DNA of 64,000 bases from Takakia lepidozioides (GCA_030704615.1 CM060734.1:60140001-60204000); one strand, 5' to 3'. Shown: positions 10,544 to 23,885, numbered from the stretch's first letter. Translations and numbers: made by a program. Notes: generated by a model from the sequence alone, not told the origin.

Positions 10544-11482
10544 ATGCCCACAATTCAACTTCATTATACATCCCTAGAAAATGCTTGGGACACAAGCCCA
10601 CAAATTCATCTCCTCAACCCCGACAACATACCCCGTAAACAAACCACTCTAAAATTCTTTATGCAATTTAACATCACCACAATTAGACAACTCACAGATG
10701 CTAATGGCACCAAACTTATCGACCCACATGCTTTTCGACTAAAATACCCCAAACCACCATCGCGTTCCCAACATGTTCATTTGCAATACCTCCAAACACT
10801 ACTATGTTTTCCCACTCCTGCATGCATAGCACACATTTGTTCAAGACAATGTAACTCTTCTCCCCATCATCCATGGGAGCTGCTCCCTCAATATTCATCG
10901 AGGCCGGCGCAAAACCAAATCCAAGCACTATTTCATGGCTCTGCCCTAAACCCAACAAGCGTCCGTTCCACACAACCACAAGCACCCTAGCCGCAACCAA
11001 CCCAACCAATTGCTACATCATCGCCATTTGTTGATCACCCCGTAAGACACCCCGTAACACCCATCCACACATTAGATGAAATACAAGGTATAACTCAAAC
11101 AATGTCATCGGATCAATATGGAGCCACATGTGTCAAAACTCTGTATAATTGTCAATGGAAGGGAATAACTCCCAAACGTAACACCTGGGAAAACAATGAT
11201 TATCTTTTTAACACCCACGGAAACCCCAATCTACACCATAATATTCAGATGGTTACCGAACACCACCGACGAACCAATTATCGCATATTCATACCCAACA
11301 CGCAGATGAACCACAAACCAGTGATAGACGCTTCATCAGCCCACCAAGAAGTATCCCAAATCTACACATCTCTATAGCTGAATGTAAACCAGATAAACAT
11401 CTTGAAGTCTCAACCCCACATTCACACTCATAATAACTTGGCACACATATATGGTCCACTAGGGTACTACATTGGTAGCATT
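10544..11482 (+). mobile_element. Degraded retroelement-like coding fragment with a chromodomain-like motif (possibly a non-LTR post-RT region)
   Basis: LDEIQG...LYNCQWKGITPKRNTWENNDYL resembles the chromodomain YLVKWKG...NTWE; interrupted at 11483 by an LTR. Confidence 0.4.
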
Positions 11483-12449
11483 TGTTAGAGGGCTGCTTGG
11501 GACTTAGACGCTTTTACGGGTTCTGTGGGGTACCCTTAATTTTTGCGCAGACTGAGACCAACAGGAGCCTTAGGGGTGGCAGCAGCAGGCTTAGGGGGGT
11601 TACACAGCCCGCCACAGCTTCGCACAGCCCGACACAGCCCATCACAGCCCGCCACAACTTCGCACAGCCCGACACAGCCCGTCACAGCCAGTCACAGCCA
11701 ACACAGCCCGACACAGCCCGACACAGCCAATCACAGCCCGACACAGCCGACACAGCCAGTCACAGCCCGACACAGCCTTACACAGCCAGTCACAGCTTGA
11801 CACAGCCTATCACAGTACATAGGGAACAGTTATCATTGACAAGGAACGACTGTGAGGGAATGACATCTGCAGAGGGAACGGGTTACTTTAGGGATGACGG
11901 TTAGTTAGTTAGGTGGTTAGAACAGCTTGGGGGTAGATAAGGAGAGCAGCAACGAAAAGAATGACACTTCACGGGGGAGCGCTTGGGGGGTCATGCATGA
12001 GAGGAGATCAGGCGGAGAGGAAGAAGGAGAGCACGGAGAAGCAGGAGAGATGAACAGTAGATGCTTGTTACATACAAAGCTGTAGTGATACTGTAGGACA
12101 GATTAGTGTCACCATGGCATCGCCCTGATAACTGATAAATCATAATCTGATACTTATTCGATACAATCGCACTGTATAGAGAGACATTAGTGAAGCTGTG
12201 GAATGAATGCATGATTCACTGGAATTTAGTAGATACTGAAGCAATCTGATGCTTCAGTATACACGGTAAGGTAAATTGATAACATGAAGGCGAGAAGGAA
12301 TACAAATAGGAAGCACAACCATGATACACTAGCTGCAGGTCATGACTGATTGTTCTGAGCGGGCTGAGTGCTTAGAGATATCCAACTCTTCTATCTTGGA
12401 GTTTCCACCTCGGATAGCGAAGGGCTGGGTGAGTAAAAGCCGCCTGACA
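11483..12449 (+). repeat. LTR of Gypsy family A (contains a CACAGCC minisatellite at ~11605-11815)
   Basis: TGTTAGAG...CCTGACA; same ends as the LTRs at 52669-53589 and 55305-56178. Confidence 0.88.
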
Positions 12450-13037
12450 TTTGGCGACCATACTGGGGAACTGGGTCATGAACAGCCAGATATGACAGAC
12501 ATCTGGTGGGATCATGGTGGTTGGAGAATTAAAGAATTTGATGTGAATCAATTTCCCTGTGAAACTGAGAAGGAAAGATTGTCCAAACAATTCTTTCAGA
12601 GGTTCTTGGAATTGCCAGACGGTTGTAAGGAAAACATTCTTAAGAGAATGCATGATGCTGATCCCGAGTGGGGTCTGGAGAAAGGGGTGATAAAGATTTA
12701 TCAGGTGGCCTGTAGAGGAAGAGCACGTTGGTTACCAACACTGGTTTATGTGATAGCATTGCTATCCATTAAGCGAGTAGAGTTTGAAGGCTGGGAGGAA
12801 AGTAAGGTGAATGTTTATACTCATATGCATGAGGAGCTTGTACTGGTAAAGAATTGGATTCCAAAGGATATTTTGTGGATCAAACTCACACCAAGAACAA
12901 CTTTCCAGACTTGTTTGCCATATGGTTATATGGTAACGGAGACTTCTAGTATAGCCAAGGGTGCATGGAAGCTTGAAAGAAACCCAAGCATATATGAGAG
13001 ATACTACAGAAGAGAGTTTTGGTTATTGCCACATTAA
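12342..13037 (+). CDS. Gypsy family A extra ORF0 (231 aa, unknown function)
   Basis: Open here and at 62717-63412; also open at 52081-52776 (start mutated to ATA); lies upstream of gag. Confidence 0.6.
   Translation: MTDCSERAECLEISNSSILEFPPRIAKGWVSKSRLTFGDHTGELGHEQPDMTDIWWDHGGWRIKEFDVNQFPCETEKERLSKQFFQRFLELPDGCKENILKRMHDADPEWGLEKGVIKIYQVACRGRARWLPTLVYVIALLSIKRVEFEGWEESKVNVYTHMHEELVLVKNWIPKDILWIKLTPRTTFQTCLPYGYMVTETSSIAKGAWKLERNPSIYERYYRREFWLLPH
12452..12469 (+). other. Primer-binding site
   Basis: TGGCGACCATACTGGGGA, 2 nt after the LTR CA; resembles tRNA-Arg-type PBSs of non-chromovirus Gypsy elements. Confidence 0.75.
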
Positions 13038-13057
13038 AGAAATGAAAGACATGGGAC

Positions 13058-14489
13058 ATGAGTGATGAAAGAGAAGCTAGACTCTAGAGATATTCAGCAA
13101 AAAGATAAAGTTATCTGAAAGCTAATTATCCATATCTTTGGGAGAGAGGAATAGACATAGGGGAATCATCTGGACCTCTCACACCATTAAGATCAGAGAG
13201 TACATCATCCATACCGGAAGAACTAGAGTTGGATACCACTCCTTCTTTTTCTTTGCAAGAAAGATTAAGGGAATTGGTACTGGAAGAAGATCAACCACGA
13301 GGTGAAAGATCTGAGGTACATCCCTGGATAAAAGATTTGACAGAAATCTTTGATAAGAGTTGGCATGGAACAGCAAAAGCAAGAACTCCAGTTTCTGAAA
13401 CGGAAAATGAAGAATGAGGAGAGGATGTGGCAGAGCCAACGGAGAGTTCAGACTCTCCAACACCGTTGCAGTTGAGTTACATGAGTGAAGAAGAAACCCA
13501 AGGGCAGAACTTGGAGGATGAAAACAGAGAGAAGAAACTGGAAGAGGAAGAGTATGAAGAAGTATACCCAACAGCTGAGGTTGAGACTACAACCAGGACA
13601 TCCCAACCCGTTGGACCTGGATCAAGTGGAGCACTTGGATCAGAGGCCAACGAAGGTGTCGGCTCAGGGGGGCAGCCTGGATCTGGCTCTGGGGGGACAG
13701 GAGTGTGGGAAGTAGTGCAACTAGAGCTGGGAATACTGTGAATATAGTGGGGCCAGTAGCAGGGAGTGCTCAGGGGCCACCACTTGGTGGAAGTTCCACC
13801 ACAACTACAACAGGTCCTCAAGGACCAGCACCAGCAAGGGGGCCAGCATCCGTCAATGGGCAAAAGGTAGGGCCACAAATGGCGTTACAACCAACACGGG
13901 CAAAACCACCTTTTCCAATATATTTAGGAAAAGGGGATCCTGATGTACACATTAGCCAATTTGAGCACATGTGTATTGTGAACAATGAGAATGACGATGA
14001 TGCCAAGATGAGACTGTTTCCTTGTTCACTTATCAAGAAAGCAAGTGAATGGTATGCAAGATTCCCTGATAATCATTTCCTAACCTGGAATGGCTTGAAT
14101 ACAACATTCCGAAATAGGTTCAGGACAAGTAAAACTGAGGATGAAGTGTATGGAAATTTACAACAGTTAAAGCAAAAGAAGCATGAAACTGTTGAGGAGT
14201 ATATGGAAAAGATGGAATTGATGGTGAAAAAGCTGGCTGCTGTACCAGCATCAAGTTTACAGAAGACTTGGTTTGTGAGTGGACTATGACTAGAGTTGCA
14301 AAAGAAAGTGGATATGTTACCCCATAATACAGTGGAGGAGGCATTTGAAACAGCGAACAGAATTGAGCAATTGGGAATGCTCATGAGGGAGAAAAGGGAT
14401 GATGAGGACTCTGAGGATGAGTCAGATGAGGAAGAAGAGCAAGAGCTAAAGGAAGAGTAAGAGGAATGAGAAGTTGAAGAGGGATAACT
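13058..14489 (+). pseudogene. gag, disrupted and truncated
   Basis: Retrotransposon gag-like motifs, multiple stops; homology to the 50-52 kb gag ends at ~14489. Confidence 0.85.
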
Positions 14490-15078
14490 CAGTGGCTGCC
14501 TAAATTGGCTGAGGGATTTTGTATCAATTTAGATTTTCCCTATGTGCTTAAAGTACTCCAGTTTGATCATCACAGCATGGATGAATAGTATGTAACATCT
14601 CTAATTGTGGTGTAAATTTTGTATCTCTTTGTAAGTCCACCAAAACCTAACCCCACCTGGCTGGTGCACCAAAATGACAACTAGTCAAGCTTCACAGAGG
14701 AGAAGAGATAGTAGACTAAGTAGCAGGATGTCAGAAACTGCTGATACGGCCCACTTAAGAGCTGTTTCTTGGAGCCCTCCTCAATGCGACTCATATTTGT
14801 CCAGCTGATATATTCCTCCAGGAAAATGTTTGTATTTGCAGTGGTAACGTTTACATTCAAATCACTCGTAGTATTCACACGAATATGGGATACTGTTGGA
14901 AGCTCTTTATCATTTGGATCACTAGTATACTCAAATCTGCCAACACCAACACAGTAGACATAATGTCATTTATGCAGGGTGCTTGCGGCGTAACATTCCA
15001 TTTGTATCCTTGATATAGGATATTAGTTTGAACAAGTTCAGCTGTTTAGTGTAAGCCAGTGAAAGTGGCACCGATGGT

Positions 15079-17361
15079 TTGCAATTAGCTGAGTCCCTCA
15101 AATCTGCAGAGGGGGTGAGGATTGTCAAGAAGGATCAGAAAGTGCAAAAAATGACGACATATACCTCTGACTTTCTTGGCCTCCCCACCACCACTTGGCC
15201 TCTTCTGGAAGGGATGGAAAATGCAGGAGAAGGAGTAGTAATTGGAGTGGTGGACTCTGGCATTGATCCCACACACCCCAGGTTTGCAAACAGCTCCTCG
15301 GAGCCATATCTGACAATTCCATCATTCACATGAACCTGTGAAGTTGGGCCTGCATTCCCTTTGGGTTCTTGCAACGGGAAAATTGTAGGAGCCCGCCACT
15401 TTGCAGCATCTGCAATTGCTCAAGGTTTTTTCAATTCAACAAGAGATCTTGCTTCTCCCTGTGATGTGGATGGCCATGGCAGGTGGGTTCGTGTTGCTTG
15501 AGATTATATCGGATTCTGCTCGCTGTTGTCCGTTTTTCCGTCACCCTCTTGATTTCTGTCTCTGCATTGTTTCTGTGATTGCCCATATTTATCTCTATTG
15601 GTCCTTGCTTCCATAGTATGTGTCCACTGTCTTCTTTGGGGTTGCTGTGCCTGGACATTCTTTCTTCCTCTTTGTGGCTCTCCCTCTCTTTTCATCTTGA
15701 TCTCCGGATCCCCACCTTCTTTCCTCTCTCTCCAAGTTCGCTGCCAAATGGTTGAGTGAGAGAGGAGAAGATGAAGAAATCTACTAGGGTCCATGGAGGC
15801 CCAGAGGCCTAGACATAGGTTCTTGACAAAATTCTTCGTTTAATACCGGCTTTATCAAAGACTGAACATTCTAAGCCTTGGTTGTCAATATCCTTGCTTT
15901 GTTTTGACCACAGGGAATGGAGGACCCAGCATGGGGTCAATACTGTCCTATAGTCCTTGGGTCACCACTGTGGTGGCATCCACCACTGATCGCTCCTACC
16001 CAAAGTCACTTGTACTTGGCAACAATGTCACCCTTCCCGGAGTTGGCCTGCCAGAAATTTTCTCTACAAAGAGGGACTTAACAGTGTATGTTTTTTGATG
16101 TCACAAGCTATTGTTCTTGTACGGGACGAAACCCTCTCTCTTTAAGCAAGATAGAATAACTGGAATGTGAGATCTCTTCCGACTTCCATCTCTTACACTG
16201 TTCTCTGGCTAGCAAGCAGTATGTGGATCTCTTCAAATATCGTTCTTTCTTTCTTCTCTCTTAGGTGTAAGCTCAGTTATGAACCACGGCATGTCTCACT
16301 CATGTCAGCCTCTTGGCATCTTCCCACCACTTACATTTTCTTAGAACTAAACAGAAAGTACATCACAACAAGTTCTATCTCCGTGAAATTGGTTGCAGCT
16401 CCTACAAGTGGGTATGAAGTATTCAGATTGGTTTCAGCAATTGATGCTTTCAATGGGGACAGCTCTTACGTCGATGTAACTGATTGCCAGGATCCAAGGG
16501 CATTTGACATATCCAAAGTCCAGGGAAACATTCTCCTGTGTCTATTATCCATTGATTTTTCGTCCCAAACTGCCACCATCGAGAAAGTTGGGCAAACCGC
16601 CAGTGCTCTTGGAGCTAGTGGATTTATATTGGGCTCTTGATCCTGCAATAGGTATACATCCTGGCACCCCCAACTCCTGCTCCTGTTCCTGGAAGTGTTT
16701 TGACCGACATGGACTCCTCCAAGGTGCGTCAATCCTCAATCTTGTGTGCATGCATGCATGCATGTGATTCCTCTCATTGCCTTTCTGTGGTATGGTTTGA
16801 CTTAATAACTCCATGCAGAATTGTGACCATGCAGATACTCTTGAACCATTATAGTGAATCAACAGTGCGAGATGTGGCAGGCAAGCCCATCACATTTGGT
16901 GCCCTGGCGAGAATGACAGATGGGCGGCAAGCTGTTTATGGTGGTGAAGCCCCAATTGTTACCTACTATTCCTCAAGGGGTCCAGACCTTCTCAACGTGT
17001 ACCAGCCTGCAGATGTGTTGAAACCTGATATTTTGGTGCCCGGTGATTTGATCTGGGAGCATGGAGCCACCTTAGTACAGATGAAGGGTTTCTTTTAGGT
17101 AGGCGGTTGACAGTCCCAAACGTGGGTGCAACAGAAACTTATTCTATCGATGTTGTAGCACCCACAGGGTGGTCAGCCACTGTGAGTCCCCTGGAGTTTA
17201 CTTTGCAGCAGGGAGAGTCAGTGGCAATCTCCATGACTCTCGCAGCCATTGAAAACTCTCTGGATGCATTCAGTTTTGGAGAGCTACTAATGTTGGGCAA
17301 CACTGGTCACATAGTTCGTGTACCCATAACAGTCTCATCTTGCTCAGTCACACATTTGTAG
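15079..17361 (+). pseudogene. Subtilisin-like serine protease (SBT2-like) pseudogene
   Basis: TTYTSDFLG, VIGVVDSGIDP, in-frame TGA at 15331, DVDGHG, GNGGP..SYSPW, PA domain, SSRGP..KPDI, FnIII-like tail. No exons for HTAS or the catalytic SGTSMA are visible. Confidence 0.85.
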
Positions 17362-18214
17362 AGCTCCATTGCGTCCCCCCTCGCTGTACACAGACTCGAG
17401 GTGTGATACTGAGGGTGTGCAAAGTTGGACTACCACTTTGACCATGAAGAGATGTGGTCAGAGATACAATAGAATTAAGTAAGAGAAACAACTTATCAAC
17501 GACATAGTTATAAAACTTCAAATGATAACAGGCATGCCCTCACTTGGAGTCCAAAGTTGCTGCCAAATGTCAGAGAATTTGACTGACAGTAACTTCTTGG
17601 GGAACTTAGCCTCCAATTTATGGAAGCAGGGGTGTTACATAGATACCCATGACAGATGCCACTAGCACTAGCTGATGTACTATGAGGCATTGGGACTGTT
17701 ATCTACAGGAGATGAAAATGAAAGTCCAAAATTTTGTACTTTGCACAAGCATCGGGTTCGGCAGAATCGGGTATCTATGCTCGCGGTGAATGCAATTACT
17801 TCCACTCCACCATCTCTTAGTGCGAGGGCATTTCAGTTGTCAGTTAGCTTCCATCAATAACAGGCATTCAAAGCAAATACAGCCTTTCAAGCTCAGTACT
17901 TCCAAGTTGAAATGCACTGTTGACAAGACAATTCCCAGCACACTTGAATGCAACCAAGAAACACACAACGGTTGAAGTAAAAGTATATATCAGCTTCGTC
18001 TTCTTGGCAATCCAAAAGCCAAAGCCAAATTCAACCTCAATCCAAAAGCCAAATTCTTCTTGGAATTCAACCTCAAACTTGCCCATATGTGGAGCCAAGG
18101 TGATCTGAGTAACTGTCCATTGTCGAGGATTCATTGGTCATCCCACCATAAGAAAAGGCAACGTCATTTAGAGTACAGACTGGTTTCGATGCAATGGAAT
18201 TCAACCCTACATCG

Positions 18215-19144
18215 CTATGAAACTTGCTCATCCGACGAGGAATCTTCGTAATCGAACTTGATATCTACCCTCCTGAATTCGTCGCTAAGCTCAATGTATT
18301 CGACAGTGCTAAGATCCTTGTCGATGAGCTCCTTGCTATATTCTTGATACTCGGGCTTCACCCGGCGTACAGGGACTGTGACAGAGTAGACTGTTCCAAG
18401 GTCAGGGTCAGAAGTGACATCCAGCTGCACCTTCTCCTCCGACTCTATCTCTACAAAATCAGAGAGTGCGCCCACAATGTTGGTCACAATTCGTCGCTTG
18501 GCCTCATCATTCACAGAGCAACGATCCGAAATGAGGATCATTTTGAGGCGCTGCTTGGCAATCTCAGCATTGGAAGATCGCTTGACTTTGGGAGGAAACA
18601 AAATCTGCCATGCCCGTGCCAATCGATCAAAGAAGTTCTCCTCCTTATCATTGTCACTGATAGAACCTTGGGAATTGTTAGTGATCGCGATGTCAGGCAT
18701 GCCCGAATCATGAAGCTGTGCTCGGCATGGCTGCGTCCTCTCAATTCTGTGACATCCTAACTTCGTTTCCAACCCCAAGCTAACCCCAAACTGGGCCTCT
18801 GGGACAATCGAAACACGGCACAGTCTCGTACTCACCTGGCCAAGCAGAGTACCGTCAGAGAAGCAAGCATTCCTCTGCAAGCCCATACTTCTCGCTCAGT
18901 AATCCTACTCTCTAACCGGCCATGATTGAAGTGCTCCCAACATACCAAGAACTCTCTGACATGTACAGCAGAAGGACACAGAACGCCTCTGCCACTGAAG
19001 ATCTCACCAAACAAACTCTACCTCATCGAAAGACTCTACTGATCGAGACGAGGCATCACTTACCCTGACGGATGCTACAGAAGCCAATTGAAGTGCTGCC
19101 CCCTGCCATTGTGCGCTCGGAACCGACTGAGCAATACTACACAT
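18215..19144 (-). CDS. MINE1: Plastid division topological specificity factor MinE (nuclear-encoded, transit peptide)
   Basis: FFDRLARAWQILFP, AKQRLKMILISDRC, ALSDFVEIESEEKVQL, DLGTVYSVTVPVRRVKPEYQ. Probable exon 1 19144-19064 (donor AGG|GTAAGT), main exon from ~18874 to 18215; 5' exon structure uncertain. Confidence 0.93.
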
Positions 19145-22100
19145 CCTCAAACAACGCCCTCGAAGAAGCCCACTCCCTCCCAGGTGTGCAGTGATGAACT
19201 GCTTGTCTACAACGCGGTTGGATGCAGCTTCACAATCTGCACAGAGAACTTCCGAGATGGTTTCCCTCTCAGCTTCCCAGACGGCCTTCCTCGGCTTCCG
19301 ACATGGCAACCGTCTGACACTCTCACCGCCTTCCTGCCAACTGGGTTTCAAAACTCCTGCTCTCCCAAACCTGCTCCTCCCCCCTCCTCCCAACCACGTG
19401 GAAAGCAGAAGCTTCTCTTACTACAAACCCTAATCCCATCAAACAGGGCTGCAGCTCAAATTCCTTTGCCAACTCAACAAGGCGGGAAAGCCCTTTTCTT
19501 TCCTTTTTCTTTTCTGTTTTAGGGATTGTGGTATTTGGCTTCCAGAGGACTTAAAAGAAGATGGAAACTGGAAATTGAGTAGAGGGAGAGAATCCTGGTT
19601 AGACTGCTGGGAGTGCTGGGAGTGTTGGGAGTCCCAACTCGGAACGGAAGCTTTCCAGAATTCTGTGAATCTGGGAGAGGGAGGTACCGGGAGTGTTGGG
19701 AGTATATGGTTTGGAGGCAGGGATGGACGGGAGGGACGCATCGCCTGCTGAGATCTGCCGAACTAATCTCATGTGGACTCGTTGGGACTGGTGAACATCA
19801 AAGGCTGCACGTTGTAAGTAGTCTGGGATCGACATGTCATAGAGATCTGCCGAGCTTCTTGAGCACGCCACACACAAGTATCAAGTAGAACCAGGCAAGC
19901 TGCAGTCGCCTACCGCATGCAACTTCCCAGTGCGGAAATGCGAAGGTACGATGGATTTTTAGTATTGGAACACATTTGGTCTTAAGTTTAGCCTCTTGCA
20001 AGTTGTATAAACGACTCAGGATAAAAGGGTGCGATTTTTCTTATCAGCACAGGGTGCAGCCCAAACGAAGCACTGAGTTGAGGCATGGCAAGAGAGCTCC
20101 GTTTAACGTGAATAAGCACGGTGTGTAGGACTTGGGGGATCAAACACAACGTACAAGTATGCAGATTCTCACGAAGAACTTCGCTTCAGTGTGCAGATCT
20201 TTACTTGATACAAAACACGGAGCTGCAATCACTTGAACTTATTCCCAGGCCTGCAAACTGCATGTACACGGCTGCGGCACCGATCGTAACATAGGATTAA
20301 TTACCCCATTCCGCAACATCCCCACCCATTACATATTCTGAAGCCATTGCCCCTTCCAACAAAGCTAAGACTCAGAGTAAGATCATCGCACGCCTCTTCC
20401 CCTCAGGAACTTAATGACAGATCTCTGGTGCCTGAACCTCTTCATCCACCCCCGCTCACAAACATCAGACTGCAGAATGTGTATTAGTTCTAGAACAGAC
20501 AGCAATAGAGGGGTTCCAGTGCACGTATGGGCGACGTCTGTTCAGTACATATGCGGAATTACAAGGACTCATGGAGCCGTGCAGACGCAGACCACCCGAG
20601 TGACTCCCTCCCACAATCCTTGGCGCTGTCAATTCCAACCGACGAGACTTAGTGATCCGCCATTGAAGCTGGCAGTAGATGTCGTAATCCTCTCTCGACC
20701 CTCGCTTCGCCATGGAATTGAAGTTTTCATTGCCTCCGAAGTTGTGCACTTCAATCAGCAATAAAGCACCTCGCAGTCATGTTGAAGAAGCCAGATCACT
20801 ATCTCTTGAGAGCCAAGAGTACAACGGCAAAGGGTGGAGGTGATGCACCTCCCACGCAAGAGCAGCCATCAAAGCAACTCCGGAGCGAGCTGTTGATGAG
20901 CGAGAGAGACGATGAGAACGAATGTGCACCCACTCTGTCCACATAATTTTCCTTAACCCAGATTAACTTCCAACGACTAATATATATCCCATAACTTTTG
21001 CCCATATCTTTGTACTGCCCACTTATAAATATCGGGGCCCTCCCTTACTTCCCGGCTGTGCTCGGAGAAATTCTTTTTCTCGGATGTTGATCCAGTAATA
21101 AAACCGAAGTGCGTCTGAGATTCTGCGACCCGGTACGCCGGAGCGGGTCCCGGCCTCTGCCGGGATCCAGCGGGCGTATATGTGCCCATGCGTGCATTAA
21201 ACACGCTGATGATCCATCGATTCTAATCGATGGCTGGGCATTGATTGTGAGGGGGCTTGTGAGTGATATTTAGGCGTAACCTATATTCTAGAGTATGAAT
21301 CGGTAGCCAGGCAGGAATAATGCTTTAGGAAGATTGGCAGTGTGGGATCGGCAACACTCACACTGCGGCCCCTGACTTAATAACTGCCTTGCAGTCAGCT
21401 GCCTGGCCTTGAGACTCTGGTGCACAAATGAGAAGAGAGAAAACCCAGTTGTTCACACTCACACATGGCCCCATAGCCAATGCGGGAGTGAGGAGAACGA
21501 GCGCTGTTACCACTACCTATGCCTCACGCCGACACGACCGGTAGTGTATGTCCAATCACCTCCACCATTTTCTGACACTGCAGTTTGCAAGGGCACGAGA
21601 TCCAACAGAAGCTCACAGACAGCATCACAACCTTGGCCGCATCCAGAGTCCAGACATGGTGGGGGCGATTGCACGACATCCCAAAATATGCCTTCTCGCT
21701 CATTCTTCACGCATCAATCGTTTTGTCTCGGTTCTTTTGCTGTTATTTGTCACGACTTTTGCTACAGCTTCCTCTTCATTTAAAAAATTAGTAGCCTACA
21801 TACTTTTGCAGATTGAGGCAGCCAAAGATTCAAATTCGCAACCTATTTAGACGTTCCAGAGTATACAGATGCTTCCTGCTCTACCTTGATAGCTTTCAAT
21901 TCATGAAGTAATTGTACTACGCTGCTACAAGACTCGACATTGTTAGCCAAATAGAGGGCCAGAGCAACGGAGGGAGCTTGAAGACAAACAAAACTCCAAT
22001 CTCGTCAGTCACATAAGTCTCGTTTCCACTCTGCCTCAGCGAGGCCTTGCCGAAAGTATTTATCCCTGCCTAAAATTAAAGACACATCAGTCTCTACGAT

Positions 22101-22499
22101 GGTACTCTCCACCTTATCATCATCCATCCAAACTTCATCTCAAACCATCCACAAATATGCACATCCATCCAAGGCTCATCCAACTTCTCACAGAAGATAT
22201 TATCACCCTGGTTCAGACAGGGCAGCGGGCAGCCTGCGGTCGTAGTTATGACGCATTAACCGCAGTAACTATAATTACGCCAGCCTGGTCTTGCGCTTGG
22301 GGGCTGTGTTTTGGCAGGCTAAAGTCTGGCGAAACCTGGTTATATTCATATTCTGGATTATTTACTTACCAATTATGAGATGATGCCATCGCCATAATTA
22401 ATTACGCCAGCCTGGTTTTACGCTTCGAGTTTCGAGAAAATAGGCGGCAATTGGCGAGTAATATAAAAAAACGCTGCCGACCTAATCTGGCTGTAGCCC

Positions 22500-22544
22500 T
22501 AATAAGTGCTGCCCGACTGCTCATGCGTACAAACGATATGGGAC
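22500..22544 (-). promoter_or_regulatory. Third, degenerate USE + TATA-like module
   Basis: GTCCCATATCG TTTGTAC..., 28 nt, then TTATTA; a T6 run follows ~30 nt later. Confidence 0.35.
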
Positions 22545-23689
22545 TATTCAACCATCATTACGTGCATGCTCCCCCGCCATCATCCCTGTCAGCCCTTGTC
22601 CGCCACCTTTTCCAATCTATTTCTTATTCTACTTCTTGCCCTAACTTCTACTCTCACAATTCTCCTATTTTGTATTTAGTCGAATTTATAAGGCCCATTC
22701 TGTTCCTCCTTTGTTTTATCAGAAGAAAAAGGCTACTATTGAAGCATCCTGGTCTATATGGCGACAGAGGCAAGTAGGTGGAAGGATTTGAACCCAGAAT
22801 CAGCTGGGTGTCGCTCTTGATGTATCTTCATACTTGTGACCTTACTTACTACGACTGTACAGTCCTTCACCGCTTGTTTCTTGTTGCCATTATTTATTAT
22901 TATTTACTAATGACTCATATATACTTTTGTGTATATAATTTTTTAATAAAACAAATAAAAGGGCTGTACGGTATATTCTATGGCTATGCTCTTTCTTTTC
23001 TTCTTTTTAACAAATTTATAATTGTGAAATATTTGTATAGCATATTTATAGGTTGAGTTCCGTGTTGCGTCCCAAAAGAAGGGGCGACCGGATGGACCAC
23101 CGGTTGCGTTTTGGGAGGAGTAGGAAGCGCCGGTGGAAGTGACCGGTCAGAAGCGGTTGGTGTGACAACTGGACACTTTGCCGCGCTTCTTCGTTACGTA
23201 CCACCGTAGCGCTTTTCTGTTCACCGGATTTCTCCGGTGGCTAGAACGGGTCGCCCCGGTCGCCCCGGAGGTCCAATCTCGAGTTCTGGGCTGCGAGGTT
23301 CAGGGCTCGAATCCCTGTGGCGAACTTGATATGGTGGGTTTGAATTGAACCCAGGGGTGACGGCTAGGGGTGCAGGCCTGCATATTGAGGGGTGCCGGTA
23401 TAGTGCAGTGTGGGGGTGATGTGGAATGAATTTGGAGGGCCCACCAAATTTTGTCTTTAGAAATGTGGGCAGAGAGCTCGGGTTCAGTGAGAGACACGAC
23501 TGAAATTTGTTGTGTGCGAAGAGGGTGTAATTCTTGGCAGGCCCCTTCGCAGGTACTGCAGCTCAGTCTTTGGCTTCACTCAACTCCTCTTGTTTCACTG
23601 AAGGGAAGGAGCGAGACGAGAGAGATGCGTCTGTAGCTGTGTCAATGCTGGTGCTGCAGCCTATACCTTGTGTGTGCGGATCTGTACAA

Positions 23690-23885
23690 TAAGAGAGAGA
23701 GAGAGAGAGAGAGAAGAGATTGGAAGCAGATTGAGTAAAGTGGGAGGGGTGGAAGGAGAGAATCGGATCGCTATGCAGCTCAGAGTGGGGCATTGACGCA
23801 GCTTCCGTGAAGCCATTGTGAGTTGCTGATTGCACTGCCTAGAGAGTTACAGATTGTGTGTGTGTGTGTGTAGGAGAGAGAGAGA
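23690..23885 (+). repeat. (GA)n and (TG)n microsatellites in the subtilase upstream region
   Basis: gagagagagagaga at ~23692-23714; tgtgtgtgtg at ~23855-23870. Confidence 0.8.

Larger units (their letters stand above)
11483..14489 (+). mobile_element. Ty3/Gypsy family A copy 1 (5' LTR, PBS, ORF0, truncated gag)
   Basis: LTR TG...CA, PBS and gag (GKGDPDVHISQFE...KASEWY...LKQKKHETVEEY) are homologous to the copies at 47774-53589 and 55305-64000. Confidence 0.9.

Noticed and set aside
11482-11904. Repetitive ORFs in LTRs and minisatellites (also 46.4-47.5 kb, 53.3 kb, 55.9 kb)
   Set aside because: Translations of tandem repeats with no coding evidence.
18215-18886. Bacterial minE from contamination or recent horizontal transfer
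   Set aside because: Has plant-type N- and C-terminal extensions and a probable intron; this is the normal nuclear plastid-division gene.
19425-19433. Single AAACCCTAA as a PLE or telomere relic
   Set aside because: An isolated telo-box is common near plant promoters; no adjoining element.
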